From: an uncultured virus (IMG/VR IMGVR_UViG_3300030085_002899)
Lineage: Duplodnaviria; Heunggongvirae; Uroviricota; Caudoviricetes
Length of the DNA stretch: 20,000 bases
Direction: 5' to 3' (one strand)
Virus record (IMG/VR): IMGVR_UViG_3300030085_002899
Span: 46,540 to 66,539 of that record
Notes under the pieces: generated by a model
The model's input: only the letters and a program-made list of their open reading frames with translations
Databases searched by the model: none
What the model was told of the DNA's origin: nothing
Shown: positions 7,713 through 17,401 of the stretch, piece by piece
Layout: the number at the start of each line of letters is the position of its first letter
How positions within the stretch are numbered: the first letter of the stretch is position 1
Position numbers and translations under genes: made by a program

Positions 7713-9155
7713 ATGAAGGTATATAGTGCTAAGTACGACCCGTCGTACAACACAGCTGACAACTCGCTTGTCGCAAACATGCTAAAGTACCCTGAGATTG
7801 CGAAGAAAATTATCGAATTATATCCTCGCTACTCAATGACGTACTTACTAGAACGATTAGGTTTCGGAGCTAGTGAAAAAATTATTGGAGCTAACGCTTT
7901 CGAATGGAAAGTAATGTCTCGTTACAAAAAACCTGCTGTCTTAGATGTAGCTGATGCTACTGACCGTAGTGCAGGCGATGTTGTAACTTACAAGATTGCT
8001 TCTGCTGAAGCTGCAGGTGAATACTGCCATTTAGCAGTAAATGATGTTGTTCGTTTTGATACTACAGGTACAACTGGTATTGTAACTGCAGTAGGAACAC
8101 AAAATACAGGAGCTGATGGTCAAACTGATGTTACTGTAAGATTATTACAAGCATTTACAGCTGACTTAACTACATCTACTAGATTAGGTGTAATTGGTTC
8201 TGCGTTTGGTCAAGGTTCTCTTGGTGATGAAGTAGGTGAAATGTACGCTTACCCAGAAACTCACCGCAATCACTTAACTCTTTCTCGTAGAAAGTGTAAG
8301 ATTAACGGTATTGATTTACACGATGTTACTTGGGTAGAGCACAATGGTCACAGACTATGGTACTTTACTAAAGAGCAACAAATGACTGACCAGTTCATGT
8401 ATGAGCTTGAATTGAATCGTTGGTTTGGTAAGTCTTCTGTATCAGGAGATATTACATACCCAGGTCAAGAAGGTAGTGCTACTACAGGTTTCCCAGTTAT
8501 GGGTGATGGTATCATTGCACAAATTGATTCAGGTAATGTATTTAACTACACTGCTGGTGCGTTAACTGATGATATTTTATTAGATGCTATGGCTTCTCTT
8601 TCATTGAACACATTATCTCCAACAGGAAACGAATTTGTTTGTTTCACTGGTATGGCTGGTATGGTTCAATTCCAAAAAGCTATGAAAGCTTTTGTTGGTA
8701 ATGGTGTAGCTAATGCAGGTTCTGCTGGTTCTATGATGGTTGACAAAGCTGGACAAGATGTTGCAGTAGGTGTAAACTTTACTACTTACCACGTATTAGG
8801 TAACAAGTTAACTGTAGTTCACAACCCTTGTTTTGATGACCCTAATATTGCGGCATTAACTTCAGGTGTAGGTAATTTCGACTCTGCTGAATTATCTGCA
8901 TTGATGGTATTTATGGACATGTCAGTTCAAGATGGAGTTGCTAACGTTGAGCTTATCGCTAAAGGTGCTGAAGGATACAACAGAAACTACGTTAAGAAAT
9001 ACGTTCCTGGTATGATTAACCCTAACGACCCATCTTCATTGATGGCTGCTAATGGTAATGATACTTTCGAATGTCACATTCTTTCTGAGTCTGGTGTTAT
9101 TATTCGTAACCCATTATCTTGCGGTATTTTAAAGCCAACTGGTCTTAACATATAA
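7713..9155 (+). CDS. Major capsid protein (HK97 fold, crAss-like)
   Basis: 480 aa at the expected position; FEWKVM, RNHLTLSR, ELNRWFGK, GDGIIAQI and FTGMAG motifs; codon use shifted to TAC/AAC/CAC/TTC as in highly expressed genes. Confidence 0.9.
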   Translation: MKVYSAKYDPSYNTADNSLVANMLKYPEIAKKIIELYPRYSMTYLLERLGFGASEKIIGANAFEWKVMSRYKKPAVLDVADATDRSAGDVVTYKIASAEAAGEYCHLAVNDVVRFDTTGTTGIVTAVGTQNTGADGQTDVTVRLLQAFTADLTTSTRLGVIGSAFGQGSLGDEVGEMYAYPETHRNHLTLSRRKCKINGIDLHDVTWVEHNGHRLWYFTKEQQMTDQFMYELELNRWFGKSSVSGDITYPGQEGSATTGFPVMGDGIIAQIDSGNVFNYTAGALTDDILLDAMASLSLNTLSPTGNEFVCFTGMAGMVQFQKAMKAFVGNGVANAGSAGSMMVDKAGQDVAVGVNFTTYHVLGNKLTVVHNPCFDDPNIAALTSGVGNFDSAELSALMVFMDMSVQDGVANVELIAKGAEGYNRNYVKKYVPGMINPNDPSSLMAANGNDTFECHILSESGVIIRNPLSCGILKPTGLNI

Positions 9156-9174
9156 TTTATAAAACTTAGAAAAA

Positions 9175-9636
9175 ATGGCTGAAGAAAAATACTTAGCGGA
9201 ATATGAAAAAAGCGCAGCAGGTAACTACCTAAAGCGTTCAAGAGGTACATTAATTAATGTAATCTCACAAGGAGCTACTGATAAAACTCTTATTGAGGAA
9301 GAGTCAGGCTCAACTGTTTTAGTTACTATGACTGGTAACTCAGATAAAACTGTAACTTTACCTGCTGCAAAAGCTGGACTTAACTTTAAATTTGTAGTTG
9401 CTGCATCTCCTTCTGGAAGTGGCGACTTAATAATTTCATCTGCTGTTGCAGATACAATAGTTGGTCTTACAAACGCTGATGCTGCTGCAGATGGTGCTAC
9501 TAACACTGCTGCAGACAGTGTTATTATTGAAGCTGCTGCTGTTGGTGGAGAAGTAATTGAATTATTATGTGACGGTACTAGCTGGTATGCATTTGCACAC
9601 CAATCTGCTGTTGACTCAATTACATTAGCTGGATAA
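9175..9636 (+). CDS. Putative capsid decoration / minor capsid protein
   Basis: Ala/Thr/Gly-rich beta-type protein with VTLPAAKAGLNFKFVV and CDGTSWY motifs, located between the MCP and its terminator. Confidence 0.55.
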   Translation: MAEEKYLAEYEKSAAGNYLKRSRGTLINVISQGATDKTLIEEESGSTVLVTMTGNSDKTVTLPAAKAGLNFKFVVAASPSGSGDLIISSAVADTIVGLTNADAAADGATNTAADSVIIEAAAVGGEVIELLCDGTSWYAFAHQSAVDSITLAG

Positions 9637-9655
9637 TTGATTATTCAATAATATT

Positions 9656-9683
9656 CATCCCCTCTTCGGAGGGGGTGTTTTTT
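9656..9683 (+). terminator. Rho-independent terminator after the capsid unit
   Basis: CATCCCCTC-TTCG-GAGGGGGTG-TTTTTT: 9-bp stem, C(UUCG)G loop, U6. Confidence 0.9.
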
Positions 9684-9707
9684 AACTTAACTCAAAAAGC
9701 AAGAAAA

Positions 9708-10370
9708 ATGGAGAACAAAAATTTAATTATCTACAAACACAAAACTAAATCTAAACTACATAGATGTAGCTTTGGTAATTCTTACAAAGACAAATACGGT
9801 AAGCTAAAGAACTTAGTTGACGTAAATGGTTTAGAAAGAGGGTTTACAGCACGTAGCTCATCATTTGTTTTAAGAAAAGATATTGAAAATGATGTAATTT
9901 TAGATAATTGGTTATCTAAACATCCAGACATTTTAAATCAATGGACTCGTGAAGATGTTGTAGAGCAAGAAAAAATTGAAACAGAAAATACATTAAATGA
10001 AGCTCAGGCAATTATTGAAGCTGCAAAAATGAATGTTAAATCTGTTTTAGATTTTGCTAAACTAAGCAAAATGAATATTAACTCTGATACTGAGGTTCTT
10101 AGAGCTAAGATTATAAAGATTGCACAAAATGACCCAGCTAAGTTTATGGAGCTTCATTTTGACCCTGAAAAAGACTATAGAGTATTTATTATAGATGCAC
10201 TAAAGTCAAAAAATCTTACTTATAAAAATAGTACTTTTATGTACGGTAAGCAAGCTATTGGAACAAACGAAGAACAAGTAATTGTTTGGCTTAAAGAAAA
10301 CAAAGACATCTTTGCTTTAATCAAGCATGAACTTAGAGGTGAAACTAAAACTAAAAAAGTTAAAGCATAA
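9708..10370 (+). CDS. crAss gene 75-like conserved protein (220 aa)
   Basis: Start moved to ATG 9708 because the ORF-track start at 9675 lies inside the terminator. The C-terminal pattern AQNDPAKF...GTNEEQVIVWLKEN and the position after the MCP fit this family. Confidence 0.65.
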   Translation: MENKNLIIYKHKTKSKLHRCSFGNSYKDKYGKLKNLVDVNGLERGFTARSSSFVLRKDIENDVILDNWLSKHPDILNQWTREDVVEQEKIETENTLNEAQAIIEAAKMNVKSVLDFAKLSKMNINSDTEVLRAKIIKIAQNDPAKFMELHFDPEKDYRVFIIDALKSKNLTYKNSTFMYGKQAIGTNEEQVIVWLKENKDIFALIKHELRGETKTKKVKA

Positions 10371-10373
10371 TTT

Positions 10374-11012
10374 ATGCCACTAGCATTATCAGATGCAGCT
10401 TCAATGCAAGCAAGAATTCGTCAGATTGTAGACCGTGAAGACACGGCTTACTTTAGTGCTGACCAACTCAATGAATATATTGAAATGGCAGTTGATGAAT
10501 TTTTACAACAATACTATACTATTTTTGAAGCAAATCAAGATGCAAGAGATAAGTTAGAGTCTTTAGTGAAAACAGAAAGTAAAAGTTTTGCTTCTAGTGC
10601 TTATGAGGTTGCAGTTTCTACTTTAGCAGATAGTGGTGATGACACATTAATATTTTATAGATTGTTATCTGCAAGACTTACAGATTCACCTAACACATCT
10701 GTTAAAATTATTCAACTGTCTGATTATTCAGCTTACACTAACGACCCTTTTAATAAAGCTGATGATAATAACCCTGTTATATATCAAGAGGGTGGTAAAC
10801 TGAAAGTTTTAGGTTTAAGTTCTACAACAAGTATAGATTTAACTTACTTACAATATACAAGTACGTTCAGTGATTTGGCTGGACATACTTATGAGGAATT
10901 ATGTCAAATTGCTGCGAGAAAAATACTCCAAACGCTAGGAGACCCAAGATATAGTCTGATGCAAGCAGAGGTCTTGGAAAGAAATACGGCACTTGGAGGT
11001 CGCAGTAAATAA
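10374..11012 (+). CDS. Tail ring / adaptor protein (crAss gene 74-like)
   Basis: YTNDPFNK and HTYEELCQIAARKILQTLGDPRY motifs; gene order. Confidence 0.7.
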   Translation: MPLALSDAASMQARIRQIVDREDTAYFSADQLNEYIEMAVDEFLQQYYTIFEANQDARDKLESLVKTESKSFASSAYEVAVSTLADSGDDTLIFYRLLSARLTDSPNTSVKIIQLSDYSAYTNDPFNKADDNNPVIYQEGGKLKVLGLSSTTSIDLTYLQYTSTFSDLAGHTYEELCQIAARKILQTLGDPRYSLMQAEVLERNTALGGRSK

Positions 11013-11037
11013 AGGTGCTTTTTGCTCCCTTGCTTCG

Positions 11038-11079
11038 GAAGAGTGGTTGTGGTGTTAACTGCGCCACTCTTCTTTTTTT
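11038..11079 (+). terminator. Long-stem Rho-independent terminator
   Basis: GAAGAGTGG/CCACTCTTC 9-bp perfect stem, extended by TGTGGT-GTTA-ACTGCG (G-U rich), then T7. Confidence 0.8.
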
Positions 11080-11093
11080 AATAAAAATATGAT

Positions 11094-11744
11094 ATGGCAA
11101 CATTAAACGAAATTGCGTACAACATTAAAAACATCGTAGAAGGCGGTGTAGGTTCTGATGATTCGAATTTGTCAACACGACAAATAAAACAAATGATACA
11201 CGTAAAGCGTGCTGAATTATTGGTTAAGTATACAGATAATGGTAGAAAAACATCGGATGTATGTTATCAAGTAGATATTGCTACACCATCAATGTCAGGA
11301 TACGCATATAAAGAGTTTTTAGGCTTTAATAACAATAGAGCTATAAGAAGTGTCAGCTTAAGAGAGTCGAGCAATATAGAAGCGTCTAGTGAGATTTTAC
11401 CTTTAGTTCAAGACCAAGACAGAACATTTATACAGTCTGCAAGATTTATGCGAAATGTTACTAAAAAATACGCAAGTCTTTTAGATGATAAAATATATGT
11501 ATTTGATGGCGATTCTTTAGTTTCTAGTGGTACTTTAGAAATAAAAGGTATATATAGTAATCCAACAACAGTAAGTTCTTATGTGGATGACGATACAACT
11601 CAATATCCTTTTCCAAATGAATTGATTAGTGTATTGACTCAAGAAATAATTAGCAAAGAAATTGTTATGTTATATAATTTGTCTGCTAATACACCAAACA
11701 ACCAGACAGATGAAAAAACTCAATCTAAGAACGTACAAAGATAA
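11094..11744 (+). CDS. Tail ring protein (crAss gene 73-like)
   Basis: TLNEIAYNI...SDDSNLSTRQIKQMI..KRAELL start and GIYSNP...YPFP end; gene order. Confidence 0.7.
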   Translation: MATLNEIAYNIKNIVEGGVGSDDSNLSTRQIKQMIHVKRAELLVKYTDNGRKTSDVCYQVDIATPSMSGYAYKEFLGFNNNRAIRSVSLRESSNIEASSEILPLVQDQDRTFIQSARFMRNVTKKYASLLDDKIYVFDGDSLVSSGTLEIKGIYSNPTTVSSYVDDDTTQYPFPNELISVLTQEIISKEIVMLYNLSANTPNNQTDEKTQSKNVQR

Positions 11745-12132
11745 ATACAAGTTTATAAAAGACATATATAAACCTATTCGAAATGAACTAAGAATAAATG
11801 GAAAAAGGATTACATATTCTACTTACTTTAAAGTTATAACTTGTTTTTTAGAAAATATAATACATGAAGTAGCTGTAGAAAAAAATAAATTTGTATTACC
11901 ATTTAGTTTAGGTAAAATGTATATAAAAAAAGAGGTACATAAAAGACCTTTTCATATACAAATAGATATACAAGAATCTGAAAAAAGAGGTGAGTTAGTA
12001 AAATACAAAGTGCCTATTGTGGATGATTTTTACAATAAATTAGTCTGGGAGCGACCAACAACTTATAAAAGGTATAAAATATTACCTTTAAATAAATTTA
12101 AAAAATTAATAAACAAAGTTAAAGAATATTAA
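11710..12132 (+). CDS. IHF/HU-like basic protein of crAss-like tail modules (140 aa)
   Basis: Basic protein; a helix followed by FVLPFSLGKMYIKK resembles the HU/IHF strand-turn-strand. Sits just before the tail tubular gene, as in crAss-like phages. ATG 11710 preferred over 11662. Confidence 0.6.
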   Translation: MKKLNLRTYKDKYKFIKDIYKPIRNELRINGKRITYSTYFKVITCFLENIIHEVAVEKNKFVLPFSLGKMYIKKEVHKRPFHIQIDIQESEKRGELVKYKVPIVDDFYNKLVWERPTTYKRYKILPLNKFKKLINKVKEY

Positions 12133-12133
12133 T

Positions 12134-12763
12134 ATGCAGCCTAGAATAAGTGTAAAACAAGTAGTTCAAGCAGTTATTAGAAATTTAGGAGTTCAAGATG
12201 CAGCTTCTGAGTTTCATAATTTTGTTGAATGGGCATTTGAAGCTGAAAAGAAAATTGGTTCTTTTAAAACATTTGTAGTTAAAGAAGTAAGTATTTCTGT
12301 TAGTAATAAACAAGCTGCTTTACCAAATGATTTTATAGAATTAATTGATGTAAAAAATGCTAACAATCGTTTTTACGAAGCTGAGCAAAGACCTTTTCGA
12401 GAAAAGAATACTCACATGAATAGCTATAATACATACTATTTAACTAATGGTTTTATAAGGTTTAGTGAGGTTACAGATACTTCTATAGACATTGCTTACA
12501 CTGCATTAGACACAGATGATGAAGGTTACCCAACAATAGAGGCTAATCACGAAGATGCTGTTTCTGCATATTTAATGTATAAATATAAAGCTAGAGATTA
12601 TTATAATCAAAAACTACCTAAGTACATACATGACGATATGAAGCGTGAATGGTTTAGATTATGTGCTCAAGCAAGAGGTAATGACAACTTACCTAATAGA
12701 AACCAAATGAGAGCTATTTCTAAATACTGGAATAGTTTAGTACCACATGTACCAAGATACTAA
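12134..12763 (+). CDS. Tail tubular / ring protein (P22 gp4-like)
   Basis: LPNDF, IAYTALDTDDEGYPTI, AVSAYLMYK and W..LCAQARG motifs; directly precedes the muzzle gene. Confidence 0.8.
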   Translation: MQPRISVKQVVQAVIRNLGVQDAASEFHNFVEWAFEAEKKIGSFKTFVVKEVSISVSNKQAALPNDFIELIDVKNANNRFYEAEQRPFREKNTHMNSYNTYYLTNGFIRFSEVTDTSIDIAYTALDTDDEGYPTIEANHEDAVSAYLMYKYKARDYYNQKLPKYIHDDMKREWFRLCAQARGNDNLPNRNQMRAISKYWNSLVPHVPRY

Positions 12764-12766
12764 AAA

Positions 12767-15700
12767 ATGGCTAAAACAGTAAGACAACAACTAGCAGATT
12801 TAGCAGGAGGTAAAAAACCAAATGTATTTTATAAAGGTCTTAATACTGATACTGATGAGCACTTAATTGGTAATGACCAATTTACTGATGCAAAAAATGT
12901 ACGTATAAATTCAAAAGACACTGACCTTGGTACATTACAAAATTTAAAATCTAATTTATTAGAATCTACAATAAGCACACCTGGATGGGTTTTTACCCCT
13001 ACATCTGTAGCTAATCAACATTTTTGGGGTGCAACAGCACCTGGAGATAGTAGTGTAAATCTTAGTAAGTTAAGTTTTGCATTTGAACTAACAGGTGGTT
13101 CTTTTGTTCAATTTGCCTCAAATCCTAGTGATGATTATAGAATAGATGTAGGTCTTACATATGCAGATTTTATTTATGGTAGACCTTATTATGCTTCTTC
13201 TATAGCATATACAAACGATGATATAATTTTACACGTTTATGACTCATTAAAAAATAATGCAATTTTTAATGCAGTTATGACGGTAGCTTTAGGGCAGACA
13301 GGTACTGTTAAAGGTAGTAGTTTGAGTTTGTATTTCTTTCCTAAAAACACTGCTTTAGTACCAGACACGTCTAATTCAATTACTTTGTATAGAACTTTAG
13401 ATGGAGCTACTACAAATACTACAGGTGGTACAAATTTGTTTTCTTCAACATCTTATGGAGCTGATGGATTTGGTTTAAATATATTAGCATTAGAATCTTT
13501 TTCTGATTACATGGCAGCTATATGTTTTAACTCTAACACAATACAAGCTGTTGTTAAAATATTCACAAATGACGAAGGCCGTATATCTAGCTTTGAACCT
13601 GTTGTAATTAGTAATTTTGGATTAACAAATTATTATACAGCAATCACTACTCAAAAAGTTGAAGAAAATGAAAATTATAATCGGATATATTGGACTGATG
13701 GTGTAAACCCTATTAAGACTGTAAACCTTGAAGCAACAGGTGGTTTTTATAATGACTTTAGCGACCCAGATGATTTTAATTTATTTGCTAAGTCTTCTTT
13801 ATCTCCTTTAGAGGTTGTAAGTGTTAAAGATGGTGGTTCTATTAATTGCGGTAGCTGGTCGTATTGTTATAGACTAAAAACTGATGATGGTAAAACTACA
13901 GTTTTTTCTCCTATAACTAATCCAATACCATTACCGAAAAGTAATAAAAATATTGAGTCGCATTTAGTAGAAGGTGGTTTACTTTCTGATAACTCAGGTA
14001 AGTCTGTTACATTAACTATAACAGGTATAGAAGAAGTATATACATCTGTAGAGTTAATAGGAATACATTACTTAGATGAGGTTGGTGGAGCTGCTTTTTA
14101 TTTAATTAAAGAAGAAGGCGTATCAAGCTCTATATGTAATCTTACTCATAATGGTAATGAAAGTACTACACCTATTACAGCCGCATCAATATTAACTAAA
14201 AAAAATACATGGGATGTATGTCAAGATATTGAAGTTAAAGACAATAGACTTTTTGCTGCTAACTTAAAAAATCTTACAGATGAAATTGTAAGTGATTATA
14301 ATACTTTTAAAGTAAAATCATATAAACACTCAGATTCAAGTGCTACATGGAGTCCTAGTTCAGGAACATATACAACTTATACAGATGACTTTGTAAATCC
14401 TGACCTTTATGAAGCAGAGCTTTATAAATATCCAAACACTGACACAACTCAATATAGATATGCATTAGGGCCTTCAGGTACATCACCTTTAGTGTTCGGA
14501 GCAAGCACACCTACATATCACACTGCCAACACAGGTGTATATGTAAGTTTTAAGCTTAAAAAATTTACATTAAATCAATTCGAATATTGGCATAATTTTA
14601 AAGCTGATGTAGATGGTAGTGATGACTTTGAAACAGATGGTGTTTGTATACCTCCATTTGTAGGTGTTCATCCATATGGAGAAGACCAAAATTTCGATAA
14701 CTATAAAAATCCTGTATTTGCTAATAAGTATGTTGGTTATATGCGAGATGAAATATATCGTTTTGGTATACAATTTTATGACAAGGATGGTAATCAATCT
14801 TTTACATATCCTATTGGTGATGTAAGGTTTCCGTCTATAGAGAATGATTTAAGAATTATAGGTACTACAATAGACACGTATTCATTTGCTACTGCTCCAA
14901 CTAATAAATACATTCTAAAAGATGAATTAGGTAATGGTTATATACTTTACCCTGAATTTAGAATTAAATTATCTTCAGATATTAGAAAGAAGATTTCTGG
15001 TTTTAACATAGTAAGAGCTGAAAGAAATGATGTAGACAAACGTGTTGTTGCAGCTGGTATGTTAAATCAAACATTAATATACTCTAATGACTCAGAAAAT
15101 AAAAGTCTTAAGAACAAAATAGGTTTAGATAAGATACCTTTATTTACTCAAAATACAAGTTATAGTACAGGTGATTATGATTTTGGTGCTGCTGACCAAA
15201 GTTCAGTATATACTTTAGATACACCTGAAGTATTATTTAATTCTTTAAACTACATAAAGTCTGGTGAAGAAAAGTTAAAAATATGTAATAAATTTTTATG
15301 TAAAAGCTATACGACAGATGATAAACCTATGGCTGGAAACCATATTAATGTTACTTCAAGTTCTGGTAGTGATGTAGATTGGATGACACATGAAGGTACT
15401 GCAAGTACTTTTTTTGCTGCTCCTATGGAAGTAAATCATACGACAGCACCAGATTTAACAGATAAAAAACAGAATTCTTTTTTTAGTTTATATTATTCAG
15501 ATGATTCTGAAACCTCTCCTTTGCATACAACAGCGATAGCAGATTCAGGTCATTATTCAAAAACTTTGCATTTTGGTAAAAATGTAGGTGCTGATGAGCT
15601 TGTACCATCTTCTTTATTAAGTGCTACAAAAGATTTTAAAAATAGAGCTGAAGTATATACAGATTCAAATGTATTAAATCATATTAATCTTGACGGTGGT

Positions 15701-17401
15701 TTTATAGAAAGTGCTGATTCAAGGTTAATGATTGGTGGTAGAACTTTGATGTTAAATTTAACGTCAGATAGTTTTTTTACATTTTCAAATCAATATATAT
15801 TTCACACAGCTAATACTGTAACACCAGTTATTAAAAATAGTAACTATTACGCAGCAAAACCATATGCCAAAATCATTAAAACAATGACAAATGATTCTGG
15901 TCAATATGGTGGAAATACAGATAATGCATTTATATCGCAAAGATGGATTTCTACAGGTGCATCATTACATGGAGATGATATTACTGATGGCGAAATGATA
16001 CTTTCAGTTTTTGGTGGAGATACATATATAAACATGTTATCTTTAAGTAAATTTCATCAAGAAACATATAATACTGGCTCTAAATTTAGATACACTCAAG
16101 GTTTAATTTTTCCTGTGGAATCAAGTATTAATGTTGATTTAAGAAGAGGTAATTATTTTGGTAAAAATTCTGCTGAGCTTCAAGTAGAAGATGAGTACTT
16201 AATAAGCTCATCATACTCTGCTACAAATAATTTAAAAAGTTTTCCATCAAAAGACCCTAAAATAGAAATTGTTAATGATTATAAAAATTTAATAGCAGCT
16301 TCTAATGTAAAAATATCAGGGCAAACACAAGATGCTTTTGCTAGGTTTGATGCCAATGAAATTTTTCAAGTTAACCCTAATTACGGGCCTATATACAACA
16401 TAACATCTTTTAAAGATACTTTGTATGCTATACAGGAAAAAGCAATTTCAGTTCTTTCTATAAACACTAGAGCGTTAATTCAAAGTAAAGATGGTTCTTC
16501 AATATCAATACAAAGTGAATTAGGTACTGGTACTGTAATAGAAAGGAATGATTATATAAGTACAAAGTATGGAAGCCAAAATAGGTTAAATGCTATAAGT
16601 ACTGATATGGGCTTATATTGGTTAGATAATAATAATGCTGCAGTATGTGTAGTACCTATAGCTAATAGAAATCAAGTAGTTAATCTGACTGAGTCAAGTT
16701 CGTGTTCAAGTTTGCTTTCAGAAATTAAAACTACAAGACTTAAAGATAATCCTTTAAATATTGCACTAACTACAAATACAGGTGGTATAGATTTATCTTA
16801 CAATCCTTACTATAATGAAATACTTTTTAGTATAAGTTATTACAAATCAGGATATAAACATTTATGCGTTGCCTATGATGAGGCAAATAAAGTATTTTTA
16901 GGAAATAGAAGTTATAGTACTCTAGTTAACTGTACACATAGAGGTGTGTTATATTCTGTTGGTTATGAACATTCACAAACTTTTCAAGAAGCTACTGATG
17001 CTAGAAGAAAAAAAATATACAGTCATGATACTGCCGCTACAAACTATAATGTTTTTTATGGTACAACTACAGATAATCCAAATGTTACATTTGTTAATAA
17101 TGAAGAGGTAGTATCATTAAAAGTATATGATAAAATTGTGCTTAGCACTCAAGAACATCTTGCTAGTGGAATTTTTAGTAAATTTGTTTTCAACACAAAT
17201 GTAGATGCAGGAGAAACGTTAGATTTAGCTTCAACTAATATTGATAAAGTAATTGTAGGCAAACAAATTGTTCCTGTATTTGTAACGAAAAGACAAAAAG
17301 GCAATTATTTAAAAATTAAAATAGAGCAAAGTGTAAACCCAACTACTCAGATATTTAACTTATTTTCAGTTGTTTCACACTATAGAAAGAATATTTTATA
17401 A
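12767..17401 (+). CDS. Tail stabilisation / muzzle protein (P22 gp10-like, crAss type)
   Basis: 1544 aa; FYKGLNTD...DAKNVRI, RIYWTDGVNPIKTVN, GYMRDEIYRFGIQFYD, VFGGDTYI and KYGSQN motifs. Confidence 0.85.
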   Translation: MAKTVRQQLADLAGGKKPNVFYKGLNTDTDEHLIGNDQFTDAKNVRINSKDTDLGTLQNLKSNLLESTISTPGWVFTPTSVANQHFWGATAPGDSSVNLSKLSFAFELTGGSFVQFASNPSDDYRIDVGLTYADFIYGRPYYASSIAYTNDDIILHVYDSLKNNAIFNAVMTVALGQTGTVKGSSLSLYFFPKNTALVPDTSNSITLYRTLDGATTNTTGGTNLFSSTSYGADGFGLNILALESFSDYMAAICFNSNTIQAVVKIFTNDEGRISSFEPVVISNFGLTNYYTAITTQKVEENENYNRIYWTDGVNPIKTVNLEATGGFYNDFSDPDDFNLFAKSSLSPLEVVSVKDGGSINCGSWSYCYRLKTDDGKTTVFSPITNPIPLPKSNKNIESHLVEGGLLSDNSGKSVTLTITGIEEVYTSVELIGIHYLDEVGGAAFYLIKEEGVSSSICNLTHNGNESTTPITAASILTKKNTWDVCQDIEVKDNRLFAANLKNLTDEIVSDYNTFKVKSYKHSDSSATWSPSSGTYTTYTDDFVNPDLYEAELYKYPNTDTTQYRYALGPSGTSPLVFGASTPTYHTANTGVYVSFKLKKFTLNQFEYWHNFKADVDGSDDFETDGVCIPPFVGVHPYGEDQNFDNYKNPVFANKYVGYMRDEIYRFGIQFYDKDGNQSFTYPIGDVRFPSIENDLRIIGTTIDTYSFATAPTNKYILKDELGNGYILYPEFRIKLSSDIRKKISGFNIVRAERNDVDKRVVAAGMLNQTLIYSNDSENKSLKNKIGLDKIPLFTQNTSYSTGDYDFGAADQSSVYTLDTPEVLFNSLNYIKSGEEKLKICNKFLCKSYTTDDKPMAGNHINVTSSSGSDVDWMTHEGTASTFFAAPMEVNHTTAPDLTDKKQNSFFSLYYSDDSETSPLHTTAIADSGHYSKTLHFGKNVGADELVPSSLLSATKDFKNRAEVYTDSNVLNHINLDGGFIESADSRLMIGGRTLMLNLTSDSFFTFSNQYIFHTANTVTPVIKNSNYYAAKPYAKIIKTMTNDSGQYGGNTDNAFISQRWISTGASLHGDDITDGEMILSVFGGDTYINMLSLSKFHQETYNTGSKFRYTQGLIFPVESSINVDLRRGNYFGKNSAELQVEDEYLISSSYSATNNLKSFPSKDPKIEIVNDYKNLIAASNVKISGQTQDAFARFDANEIFQVNPNYGPIYNITSFKDTLYAIQEKAISVLSINTRALIQSKDGSSISIQSELGTGTVIERNDYISTKYGSQNRLNAISTDMGLYWLDNNNAAVCVVPIANRNQVVNLTESSSCSSLLSEIKTTRLKDNPLNIALTTNTGGIDLSYNPYYNEILFSISYYKSGYKHLCVAYDEANKVFLGNRSYSTLVNCTHRGVLYSVGYEHSQTFQEATDARRKKIYSHDTAATNYNVFYGTTTDNPNVTFVNNEEVVSLKVYDKIVLSTQEHLASGIFSKFVFNTNVDAGETLDLASTNIDKVIVGKQIVPVFVTKRQKGNYLKIKIEQSVNPTTQIFNLFSVVSHYRKNIL

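Noticed and set aside
2581..9155. Introns or inteins in TerL, portal or MCP
   Set aside because: ORFs are uninterrupted and of compact length, with no intein or homing-endonuclease motifs seen.
9140..9180. Read-through or frameshift fusing MCP to the downstream decoration gene
   Set aside because: The genes are in different frames, no slippery heptamer precedes the TAA, and the downstream gene has its own A-rich leader and ATG.
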